Shown here: positions 1 through 7,678 of the stretch, piece by piece
How positions within the stretch are numbered: position 1 is the stretch's first letter
Layout: every line of letters starts with the position of its first letter
From: Candidatus Vogelbacteria bacterium
GTDB lineage: Bacteria > Patescibacteriota > Minisyncoccia > Phycocordibacterales > XYD1-FULL-46-19
Length of the DNA: 64,000 nt
Direction: 5' to 3'
Assembly: GCA_903878275.1 (NCBI GenBank)
Contig: CAIRHC010000009.1
Coordinates: forward strand, 11,855 to 75,854
The notes under the pieces: generated by a model
What the model saw: the letters and a program-made list of their open reading frames with translations, nothing else
Told to the model about the DNA's origin: nothing
Databases searched by the model: none
Program-made: the position numbers and the translations under genes

Positions 1-7
1 ATATAAT

Positions 8-931
8 TTGATTATGCTTTGGATAAATACAAAAAGAATTTTAAAATTAGGTTTCATCAATTTTTGGCGTAACAGTATTGTTTCGATTGCTTCCGTTTTG
101 ACGATGGCGGTCACCTTGTTTGTCATCGGCTCACTTTATATTGGTGCCGCTTTTCTTAATTCCTCACTTGAGGAAGTGAAAAATAAAGTTGATATTAGCG
201 TGTCGTTTAAGGTTGATGCGAGTGATGACGAAATTATTTCTTTGAAAAAAGACTTATCACTTCAGCCAGAAGTGAAAGCGGTTGATTATATCGGACGAGA
301 TCAAGAACTCGCTGATTTTAAAGAATCGCACAAAGATAACGCTATTTTATTGCAGTCACTAGAAGAAACTGGCAATCCGTTTGGGGCTCGTTTAAATATT
401 AAAGCTGTTGATCCCGCACAGTATGATGCCGTCGCTCGCTTCTTGGTCAATCGTAATGATCCATCGCTTGGTGGCAAATCGATTATCGATCAAATCAGCT
501 ACAAAAAAGATGTTGTCGATAAGCTTATCGGTTTGATTGCGACTAGTAAAAAAGTTGGTATGGCGATTAGTATTATTTTGATCTTGCTGTCGATTTTGGT
601 GACTTTCAATACGATCTCTCTGGCGATTTATATTTCTCGCGAAGAGATTTCGGTGATGCGTTTGGTGGGAGCTGGCGAGTCTTATGTTCGTTATCCGTTT
701 TTGGTGGAAGGTATAATTTCAGGGGTGCTCGCTTCGTTCTTGTCTTTGGCTTTACTTTACCCAGCGACTCTTTGGGTCCGTGATGCTACGGCTGGTGTTT
801 TTGGCGGAATAAATCTTGCTTCTTATTACATTAATAATTTTGCTCAAATTTTTCTTCTTCTTTCTGGCTGCGGAATTATCTTGGGTATTATTGCTAGCTT
901 CTGGGCGACCAGAAAATACGCGAAAGTTTAA
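8..931 (+). CDS. ftsX: Cell-division ABC-type permease FtsX-like (four C-terminal TM helices, large periplasmic loop). The start may be TTG at 8 or ATG at 14.
   Basis: 307-aa ORF. N-terminus has the FtsX-type '..RNSIVSIASVLTMAVTLFVIG' first TM followed by a ~120-aa extracytoplasmic domain, then three clustered C-terminal TMs typical of the FtsX/MacB permease fold. Confidence 0.6.
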   Translation: MIMLWINTKRILKLGFINFWRNSIVSIASVLTMAVTLFVIGSLYIGAAFLNSSLEEVKNKVDISVSFKVDASDDEIISLKKDLSLQPEVKAVDYIGRDQELADFKESHKDNAILLQSLEETGNPFGARLNIKAVDPAQYDAVARFLVNRNDPSLGGKSIIDQISYKKDVVDKLIGLIATSKKVGMAISIILILLSILVTFNTISLAIYISREEISVMRLVGAGESYVRYPFLVEGIISGVLASFLSLALLYPATLWVRDATAGVFGGINLASYYINNFAQIFLLLSGCGIILGIIASFWATRKYAKV

Positions 932-1000
932 AGACTTATGACCAACATCACCTCTCCTCCGACCTAAACCGGAGGAGCTTCGGCGTTGATGTGATAATTA

Positions 1001-1032
1001 TCCGCCGAAATTTTTTGAAAAAATTTCGGCGG
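1001..1032 (+). terminator. Perfect palindrome tccgccgaaatttttt/gaaaaaatttcggcgga after ftsX (a second, smaller hairpin sits at 954-977).
   Basis: Inverted repeat read directly from the sequence, A/T-rich centre, located in the ftsX-pyrG intergenic region. Confidence 0.4.
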
Positions 1033-1067
1033 AATTAAAATTTAATTTTTAACTTAACAATAATTTT

Positions 1068-2705
1068 ATGGCACATAAATACATTTTTGTTTTAGGTGGG
1101 GTGATGTCGGGTGTCGGTAAGGGTGTGACGGCGTCGTCGATTGGTAAAATTTTGCAAGCCCGTGGTTATAAAGTAAATCCAATTAAAATTGATCCATATC
1201 TCAATGTCGATGCTGGGACGATGAATCCGATCGAGCACGGGGAAGTGTTTGTCCTTGATTCTGGTCTCGAGTGCGATCAAGATATGGGCAATTATGAACG
1301 CTTTTTGGATGTGAGTGTCCCGCACGAAAACTATATGACCAGCGGAATGGTCTATAAATATGTGATCGATAAAGAACGAGCGCTGGGCTATGGTGGGCGC
1401 TGTGTCGATCCGGTGCCATTTGTTTGTGAGGAGATTTCGCGACGAATAAATTTGTCGATTAAAAAAACTGGTGCTGATATTACGATTGTCGAAATCGGTG
1501 GGACGATTGGTGAATATCAAAATGCGATGTTTGTGGAAGCGGCACGGGTCTTGAAATTGAAACATCCCGCCGATGTCCTGTTTGTGTTGGTTAGTTATTT
1601 GCCGGTGCCAAATAAAATCGGTGAGATGAAGACCAAGCCGACCCAGTATGCCGTGCAAACGATGAATTCTTATGGTGTGCATCCGGATATCATCGTGGCA
1701 CGCGCTGATCGTCCACTTGATGACAAGCGTAAAGAAAAAATTGCTTTTGCCAGCAATATTCCGGTGGAAAACATTATTTCGGCGCCAGACATTGAAAGTA
1801 TTTATGATGTTCCGCTCAATTTTGAAAAAGATAATTTGTCGGCGCGCTTATTAAAATTGATGGGCTTGAAAGCGAAAACTTCGGATTTGGCGGATTGGCA
1901 AAAAATGGTGACAAAAACCAAAAATGCTAAAGAAGAAGTGAGCATCGCGATTGTCGGTAAATATTTTAAAACTGGCGATTTTGTCTTGCCCGACGTCTAT
2001 CTTTCGGTTATCGAATCGCTCAAACACGCCGGTTCTTCGCTTGGCAAAAAAGTTAAAATTGATTGGCTCGATTCGCACGATTACGAAGAGGATCCGAAAA
2101 AACTGGGCGAGCTAAAAAAATATCAAGGCATTCTGGTACCGGGTGGTTTTGGTGAACGCGGAATTGAAGGAAAAATAAAAGTAATCCAATTTGCTCGTGA
2201 AAATAAAATTCCGTATTTTGGTCTGTGTTACGGAATGCAATTGGCGGTGATTGAGTTTTCGCGAAATGTGCTCGGCTTGAAAGATGCTCACACAACCGAA
2301 ATAAATCCGACGACCAAAAATCCTGTAATTGTGATAATGGACGAACAACGGAAATTGATGGCGGAAAAAAATTATGGTGGCACGATGCGTCTCGGTGCTT
2401 ATCCGTGCGTTTTGAAAAAGGGGACAATCGCGAGCGGTGCTTATGGTGGCGAGAGAATTAGTGAAAGACATCGTCATCGTTTTGAAGTCAATCCGGCGTA
2501 CGTGGAAAAATTAGCCAAAGCCGGATTGGTTTTTTCCGGCACGTCGCCAGACGGTGTGTTGATGGAAATTGCCGAACTTCCCAAAAACAAACACCCGTTT
2601 TTTCTCGGTTCGCAATTTCATCCTGAATTTAAATCATCGCCACTTAATCCTCATCCGCTGTTTGTAGAGTTCGTGAAAAACGCTTTGAATCGTAAAATTA
2701 AATAA
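1068..2705 (+). CDS. pyrG: CTP synthase
   Basis: 545 aa. N-terminal synthetase-domain signature 'IFVLGGVMSGVGKGVTASSIGKIL' and a C-terminal glutamine amidotransferase region 'GLCYGMQLAVIEF...HRHRFEVN' with the catalytic Cys/His. Confidence 0.9.
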   Translation: MAHKYIFVLGGVMSGVGKGVTASSIGKILQARGYKVNPIKIDPYLNVDAGTMNPIEHGEVFVLDSGLECDQDMGNYERFLDVSVPHENYMTSGMVYKYVIDKERALGYGGRCVDPVPFVCEEISRRINLSIKKTGADITIVEIGGTIGEYQNAMFVEAARVLKLKHPADVLFVLVSYLPVPNKIGEMKTKPTQYAVQTMNSYGVHPDIIVARADRPLDDKRKEKIAFASNIPVENIISAPDIESIYDVPLNFEKDNLSARLLKLMGLKAKTSDLADWQKMVTKTKNAKEEVSIAIVGKYFKTGDFVLPDVYLSVIESLKHAGSSLGKKVKIDWLDSHDYEEDPKKLGELKKYQGILVPGGFGERGIEGKIKVIQFARENKIPYFGLCYGMQLAVIEFSRNVLGLKDAHTTEINPTTKNPVIVIMDEQRKLMAEKNYGGTMRLGAYPCVLKKGTIASGAYGGERISERHRHRFEVNPAYVEKLAKAGLVFSGTSPDGVLMEIAELPKNKHPFFLGSQFHPEFKSSPLNPHPLFVEFVKNALNRKIK

Positions 2706-2712
2706 AACAAAG

Positions 2713-2737
2713 AATATCAAGGGGAGTCCTTGATATT
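2713..2737. repeat. REP-like hairpin copy 1: aatatcaagg-ggagt-ccttgatatt
   Basis: Exact 25-nt stem-loop. It is identical to copies at 3432-3456 and 47757-47781, and lies immediately after the pyrG stop. Confidence 0.7.
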
Positions 2738-2767
2738 AAAATTAAAGTGAGGTAAAATTTAAGAATT

Positions 2768-3433
2768 ATGGAAAGAAAATTTTCTTTTAGTTCTGGAGAA
2801 ACCTATCATATCTATAATCGTGGAGTAAATAAACAATTAGTTTTTCTTACCGACCACGATCGATTTCGTTTTTTGATTTTACTATATCTTACTAACAATA
2901 AAAAAGAGGTTCATATTAGTAATTATCGTGGTTTTTCTTTGCAAGATTATTTTGTCCTAGAAAAAGGTGAACCTTTAGTTGAGATTGTCGCTTATTGTTT
3001 AATGCCGAATCATTTTCACCTTATTCTAAAAGAGATTGAAGATGGGGGAATATCGAAATTTATGCTTAAACTTCTAACTGGTTATGGTATGTATTTTAAC
3101 AAAAAGAACGACAGAACTGGTCCTGTTTTCGATGGATGTTTTAAAGCAAAACATGTTGCGGAAGATTCTTCTTTGGAGTATCTTCTGGCTTATGTCCACT
3201 TAAATCCGGTAAAAATAAAAGACGAAGAAAGTTGGAGTGAAAAAAAGATTACTAATTTATCTAAAGCGAAGGATTTTCTTGAATCCTATCGTTTCTCTAG
3301 CTACCCAGCTTTTTTGGGACAGAATCGACCAGAAAATAATATTTTAAATTACAGCTCTTTGTTGGATGATTTAGCTGATGGGCAAAAAGATACAAAGGAG
3401 CTGATAAAAATCTGGGCAGAGTTCGAAGAGTAA
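2768..3433 (+). CDS. IS200-like / REP-associated Y1 (HUH) tyrosine transposase (RAYT-like)
   Basis: 221 aa carrying 'YHIYNRGVNKQLVF', a HUH motif 'YCLMPNHFHLILKE', and 'RTGPVFDGCFKAKHVAEDSSLEYLLAYVHLNPV' with a candidate catalytic Tyr. The pattern matches the COG1943/PF01797 family. The gene is flanked on both sides by identical REP hairpins. Confidence 0.6.
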   Translation: MERKFSFSSGETYHIYNRGVNKQLVFLTDHDRFRFLILLYLTNNKKEVHISNYRGFSLQDYFVLEKGEPLVEIVAYCLMPNHFHLILKEIEDGGISKFMLKLLTGYGMYFNKKNDRTGPVFDGCFKAKHVAEDSSLEYLLAYVHLNPVKIKDEESWSEKKITNLSKAKDFLESYRFSSYPAFLGQNRPENNILNYSSLLDDLADGQKDTKELIKIWAEFEE

Positions 3434-3456
3434 TATCAAGGGGAGTCCTTGATATT
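3432..3456. repeat. REP-like hairpin copy 2 (identical to copy 1), overlapping the RAYT stop codon
   Basis: Exact repeat of aatatcaaggggagtccttgatatt. Confidence 0.7.
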
Positions 3457-3516
3457 TAATATCGGCTAGATTTTTTGGCTAATTTTTGCTAAATTTAAGG
3501 GGTTTAAGTAGGAGAT

Positions 3517-3587
3517 TGCCGGATCATCTAATGGTAGGATGCATTCCTCTGGAGAATGTCATCTTGGTTCGAGTCCAAGTCCGGCAG
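3517..3587 (+). tRNA. tRNA-Gln (anticodon CTG)
   Basis: 7-bp acceptor tgccgga/tccggca. Anticodon stem cattc/gaatg with loop ctCTGga. T-arm cttgg-ttcgagt-ccaag. CCA is not encoded. Confidence 0.7.
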
Positions 3588-3680
3588 CAAACGACTTTCC
3601 TCTATGATTTAAGCCATTTTTTTAGGATAGGCTTCTTGGACGTCAGAACTTTTTGTCAAAAATAAAGTGAGTGGCAAGGC

Positions 3681-3700
3681 AGAGTAAAATTTACTATAAT
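3681..3700 (+). promoter_or_regulatory. Promoter-like 20-mer agagtaaaatttactataat (-10 TATAAT at 3695-3700), 6 nt upstream of an ATG
   Basis: A near-identical 20-mer recurs at 4009-4028 with the same 6-nt spacing to the next ATG. Confidence 0.4.
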
Positions 3701-3706
3701 ATAACT

Positions 3707-4015
3707 ATGGAGAATATAAATGGATTATATATAAAAAAAGAGGAATCAGAGGGTTATATACAAGAATTTGATCAATTGGCAACTTTAGGCGACATAAATC
3801 TTGGGGCGGGTAAAAAAGTAAGTTTCCAACCTTGGGGTCGCTATGACGGGGAAAGACAAGTTGGGACGGTTAGACTATGGGAAGAAGACCCCAACTTGAT
3901 TCATATAGTTTTTCGAGGAAGCAAAGCTGGCGTTCCCTATCCTGACGGGGAGCGAATTACCAGAGAAAACTTCAATCAACGGAAAAATATTTGGCAAATC
4001 AGGGAAGTAGAGTAA
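3707..4015 (+). CDS. Hypothetical protein (103 aa). The track ORF begins at GTG 3671, but that start would contain the TATAAT box.
   Basis: ORF with no recognisable domain. ATG lies 6 nt after the TATAAT box. Confidence 0.45.
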   Translation: MENINGLYIKKEESEGYIQEFDQLATLGDINLGAGKKVSFQPWGRYDGERQVGTVRLWEEDPNLIHIVFRGSKAGVPYPDGERITRENFNQRKNIWQIREVE

Positions 4016-4028
4016 AATTTATTATAAT
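4009..4028 (+). promoter_or_regulatory. Second copy of the promoter-like 20-mer agagtaaaatttattataat; it overlaps the stop of the upstream gene
   Basis: Direct repeat of 3681-3700. TATAAT at 4023-4028, ATG at 4035. Confidence 0.4.
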
Positions 4029-4034
4029 TATCCT

Positions 4035-5084
4035 ATGCAAGAAAAATATAGAATGAGCGAATTTGACGCTCAAAATGAGGCTGAAAAGCTTAAGCAGATA
4101 GTAGAAACTGGTCAAGCTAAGGATTATGATATGGCCGAAAAACTTTTACAGACTCAGATAGAAAATTCGCCCATCGTAGAAAATAGAGAGCTTGGAGTTT
4201 CTTATAGAGAGACAGTTGAAGAGTTACCGCTAGAGTTACAAGAACAAACTGGTATTAAAAGGCTTAGGCGTAGAAAGGTTTTATCGTACCCAGATTTTTT
4301 TTGCAAAGAAGGCAAGTCTGGATATTACTACTTTGACGTTGGTATTTCTCCAAGTAGCCAAGGAGGAATAGCAAGTGATAAAGGGGTTGAATTTGACCGA
4401 GAAGAGCGTCAAAAACTTGAAACAATTTGGCATTTTTTTACAAACGACAGATTCTTAACATATAAAACTTGGAACCATAGAATGTCCGCTGATTGGTATA
4501 ATTCTGAAGGAGAAGAAATGATAAGGGAATTTTACGAGGAAGAATGGCTATTCCAGGAATTTTTTCCAGTTAGAAATTTACAAGGAGGCATAACAATAGA
4601 TATATTCAATAAAGATAAGGATGAAAATTTTTCATTAATGGAGTGGAAAGAAAAAGTCAAACTGACTGATGAAGAAGCACGGGCAAAATTATCAATTTTT
4701 CCGATGTCCCTATCTGAAGGGATAGAAGGGGGTGTTGGCTATGGGCCAACTTTTGTTTTTGGAAAAAATAATAAGGAATTTGTGGATTATATTAAAACAA
4801 TTCTGACTTTATCAGAGATAAGAAAAATGATGGAGCTCACTAAATTTTATGACAAACCTTTTTCAACGCCAGAGGAAAGAAAAATTAGCCAGCCTGGTAG
4901 CAGTTTGAACATTCAAAGAATTAATCAGTTATTGAATGAAGAAGAAGTTAAGTTCTATGATCATCCTTGTATCCCAGTAGTTAGACATCCCGATATAAAA
5001 AGACCTCTTAGGTGGTGTGATGCGGAACTAGCAATTCTTCCTCAAGGGAAAGAATTAGAAATCGTATTTTTTGAGACTGAATAA
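4035..5084 (+). CDS. Hypothetical protein (349 aa, acidic, no recognisable domain)
   Basis: Long uninterrupted ORF preceded by the duplicated promoter-like element. Confidence 0.5.
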   Translation: MQEKYRMSEFDAQNEAEKLKQIVETGQAKDYDMAEKLLQTQIENSPIVENRELGVSYRETVEELPLELQEQTGIKRLRRRKVLSYPDFFCKEGKSGYYYFDVGISPSSQGGIASDKGVEFDREERQKLETIWHFFTNDRFLTYKTWNHRMSADWYNSEGEEMIREFYEEEWLFQEFFPVRNLQGGITIDIFNKDKDENFSLMEWKEKVKLTDEEARAKLSIFPMSLSEGIEGGVGYGPTFVFGKNNKEFVDYIKTILTLSEIRKMMELTKFYDKPFSTPEERKISQPGSSLNIQRINQLLNEEEVKFYDHPCIPVVRHPDIKRPLRWCDAELAILPQGKELEIVFFETE

Positions 5085-5237
5085 ACGCAAGGATACGTCT
5101 TTATGACTCATTACCAAGCGTTTACAATGGCGAATTTACTGCTAAAATTGGACATAAGCGAGGTTCTAACTTCGCCCAAGACACACAGCCAAATAATTTG
5201 TAGATAAACAGATAAAAAAATCACAATTAAAACAATT

Positions 5238-5272
5238 CCCCACGGACGAGCTGGCTCGTCCGTGGGGTTTTT
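5238..5272 (+). terminator. Rho-independent terminator: ccccacggacgagc-tggc-tcgtccgtgggg followed by a T5 run
   Basis: 13-bp GC-rich stem followed by T-run, read directly. Confidence 0.55.
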
Positions 5273-5276
5273 GAAA

Positions 5277-5624
5277 TTAGGCTTCGGCGATCAGACGCCG
5301 TTTTTGAAAGATTCGATAATCATTCACCTCCATTTCTTCCAGTTCGATAATGAACTCACGTTGCCCGGTCAGCATCATTAGGCGGAGCTCGTCGATGCGT
5401 AAAAAATCCATCACGATGTCCGAGTAAAAGCGTTCCGGCATTTTTTCCCAAGGGATTAGGAGTTCCAGCTTGTCGTGGCATCTTCGGCATAAAATTATCC
5501 GAAGCGGGCGTTCTTTTTTAGCTTGGACAAAATGCCTTTTTGGTAATATATGGTGTCTGGTTAAATTTTTTTGAGCATTGCACTTGGCGCAACACCCTAC
5601 TTTATGAAACCTCTTTTTTACCAA
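5277..5624 (-). CDS. Small HNH endonuclease-family protein
   Basis: 115 aa. 'CCAKCNAQKNLTRHHILPKRH...LCRRCHDKLE' shows the CxxC...HH...CxxC-H arrangement of HNH nucleases. Confidence 0.55.
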   Translation of the reverse strand: MVKKRFHKVGCCAKCNAQKNLTRHHILPKRHFVQAKKERPLRIILCRRCHDKLELLIPWEKMPERFYSDIVMDFLRIDELRLMMLTGQREFIIELEEMEVNDYRIFQKRRLIAEA

Positions 5625-5728
5625 ACTTGCCTCCTTCCGTAGGGAACAAGGAACTGGGGTTAGGGTTTACTATCTCTGGAGAACATCTCCTTTTTTAATT
5701 TCTCACAAAAATGAGATTTGAGCAAGTC

Positions 5729-6121
5729 TTAATTTTTGTTTAATAACTGGTCGATTTTTTGCTCAAGATTATCAATTTTTTGGTTCAGTTTTTTGATCTG
5801 GCTTTCTTCGGAAACAATTTCATCGCTCGTTTTCTCAATCATTTTTTTCTCGCCACGTAAACCAGACATAATGATTTGATCGCCGACAAAATAGGAAACA
5901 AAAATTCCGCTGGTGATAAGTATGACTAGGCTAACGACCAACCACGGTAATGAGTGCCATTGGTTCATAAAAGGAACAGCTAGGGCAATTTCAGTAATAG
6001 CGTGCCAAAACAAAACAATGCCGGTACCGCCAATAAAAGCGTAAATGACCGGCGAGCGACTTAAGCGAGCTCGGGCTTTATCTTCTAAATTATCAAAAAA
6101 AGTGATTATTTTGCCAAACAT
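5729..6121 (-). CDS. Hypothetical membrane protein with C-terminal coiled coil
   Basis: 130 aa. Two hydrophobic helices followed by 'QIKKLNQKIDNLEQKIDQLLNK' heptad-like repeats. Confidence 0.4.
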   Translation of the reverse strand: MFGKIITFFDNLEDKARARLSRSPVIYAFIGGTGIVLFWHAITEIALAVPFMNQWHSLPWLVVSLVILITSGIFVSYFVGDQIIMSGLRGEKKMIEKTSDEIVSEESQIKKLNQKIDNLEQKIDQLLNKN

Positions 6122-6293
6122 TGTGATTAAAATTAAAATTCTAGTAAAAGATGCTCACATCTTACTATTTTTGTGGTAAAATTACCATACTTGTCCTGTT
6201 AGAAATTTTACTTTAAAAATAGTCGGCTAATGGGATATAAAAAATAAGAAATGGATAATTTTTTATTATTATAAATCATAAATTTCTATTAGG

Positions 6294-7193
6294 ATGGCAA
6301 AAATTGCAATTATCGGGGCGGGGGAAATCGGGTTAGCTCTTGGTAAAATTTTTACTCACGCTGATCATGCGGTTTTTTATTGGGATAAAGACGAAGATCG
6401 CTTGCGTCGTCATCCGACTTTATCTTTGCCCGAAGTATTAGACAATGCCGAATTTGTTTTTATGTGCGTGCCCTCTTGGTGCCTGCGTGAAGCCCTAGTT
6501 TTTTGTGGGCATTATTTTAGTCGAAACTCGATTGTGGTCGCAATGTCGAAAGGTTTAGACGAAAATACTGGTCAGACTGTCGATGAATTATTAAAAAAAG
6601 TTTTGCCGAAAGGTCAGGCTTATGCCGTGCTCGGTGGTCCGATGATTGCTCAAGAAATAAGTGACAGTGGTTTTGGCGCGGGCGTGGTCGGGGCGAAAAA
6701 TAATAGCTTAGCCGAGAAAGTCAAAAGTCTTTTTACCAAAACTGATATTTTTGTCACAATAACAAATGACATTCGTGGCGTGGCAGTGATGAACACTTTA
6801 AAAAATATTTACTCGCTGGCGATGGGAATTTTTACTGGCTTAAAATTAAACTATAATGAACGTGGTTATTTGTTTGGGCAATCGCTACTGGAGATAAATA
6901 AACTCAATCAAATTCTTGGTGGGAAAAAAGCCATCTTTAATAATCCGGCGATGCTTGGAGATTTTTGGGCGACCAGCAATAGTTCCGATTCGCTCAATCA
7001 TAAAGTCGGCTTGGAAATTGCTAAATATGGTTCGGCTGGTGGCAAAAGCGAAGGCTTGGTGTCGGTGCCAATTCTTCTAAAAATTCTCGGGAAAAAAGCT
7101 AAAACTTTTCCGATTTTATTGATGCTCGAAAAAATAACGATGTTTAAAGCCGATCCGAAAGAGGTGATTGCCGATTGGCACAAGCTTAATTAA
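6294..7193 (+). CDS. gpsA: NAD(P)H-dependent glycerol-3-phosphate dehydrogenase
   Basis: Rossmann 'KIAIIGAGEIGLALG'. 'SKGLDENTG', 'GGPMIAQEI' and 'GVAVMNTLKNIYSLAMGI' align with the GpsA blocks TKGLE..TG / GP.FA.E / GV.LGGA.KNV.AIGAG. Confidence 0.65.
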   Translation: MAKIAIIGAGEIGLALGKIFTHADHAVFYWDKDEDRLRRHPTLSLPEVLDNAEFVFMCVPSWCLREALVFCGHYFSRNSIVVAMSKGLDENTGQTVDELLKKVLPKGQAYAVLGGPMIAQEISDSGFGAGVVGAKNNSLAEKVKSLFTKTDIFVTITNDIRGVAVMNTLKNIYSLAMGIFTGLKLNYNERGYLFGQSLLEINKLNQILGGKKAIFNNPAMLGDFWATSNSSDSLNHKVGLEIAKYGSAGGKSEGLVSVPILLKILGKKAKTFPILLMLEKITMFKADPKEVIADWHKLN

Positions 7194-7642
7194 AACAAAC
7201 TTTCCACGACTTCTTTGACTAGATTGCCGTCGGCTTGCCCTTTAATCTCTTTGGTTACTGCGCCCATTAGCTGACCAAATTTGGTTTTGTCGCTAATACC
7301 AAGCTCGGTTTTTTTGGCTTCGGCAATTTTTTGAATATCTTCGCGCGACATTTGAGCGGGCAGGAATGTTTCAATGATTGCCAATTCTTTCTCCTCGACT
7401 TCTACCAAATCGTTGCGACCGCCGGCTTTGAATTGTTCGATTGAATCTTTACGTTGTTTGGCTTGACGCTTGATGACCGCAATGGCATCTTCGTCTGATA
7501 AGATTTCGTCGGGCTTGCGACGCTTGGCGACCAGCTCGTTGGTAAAAGCCGCCGAGATACTGCGAACGGTCCGCAATTTGTTGGCATCTTTGGCGAGCAT
7601 CGCCTTTTTAATTTCCTCTTTTATTTGTTGATGTAGTGTCAT
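7190..7642 (-). CDS. GatB/YqeY domain protein (likely start MTLHQQ..., not the upstream M at 7660)
   Basis: 'IKEEIKKAMLAKDANKLRTVRSISAA...QRKDSIEQFKAGGRNDLVEVEEKELAIIETFLP' is the typical YqeY pattern. Confidence 0.7.
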   Translation of the reverse strand: MTLHQQIKEEIKKAMLAKDANKLRTVRSISAAFTNELVAKRRKPDEILSDEDAIAVIKRQAKQRKDSIEQFKAGGRNDLVEVEEKELAIIETFLPAQMSREDIQKIAEAKKTELGISDKTKFGQLMGAVTKEIKGQADGNLVKEVVESLF

Positions 7643-7678
7643 ATGACGCCATATTATCATATGTTATAATCCCTAACA

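Noticed and set aside
1092-2477. Antisense and overlapping ORFs inside pyrG (1092-1682, 1201-1419, 1851-2078, 2053-2427, 2112-2477, all minus strand)
   Set aside because: They lie fully within a strongly supported conserved gene on the opposite strand and have no SD or domain signal. The same applies to other internal or antisense track ORFs: 6998-7183, 7402-7587, 8713-9098, 9875-10132, 10347-10565, 11306-11530, 11918-12229, 12685-13044, 14470-14833, 15142-15468, 16295-16499, 18430-19737, all ORFs inside the giant genes 32700-43893, 44333-45877, 49228-49471, 51806-52024, 53071-53259, 54567-54896, 56154-56782, 57649-57867, 58478-58696, 59578-59868 and 63085-63662.
5100-5230. Possible 33-codon ORF (MTHYQAFTMANLLLKLDISEVLTSPKTHSQIICR) in the gap after the 349-aa gene
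   Set aside because: No SD and no conservation evidence. It is probably just a 3' UTR preceding the terminator at 5238.
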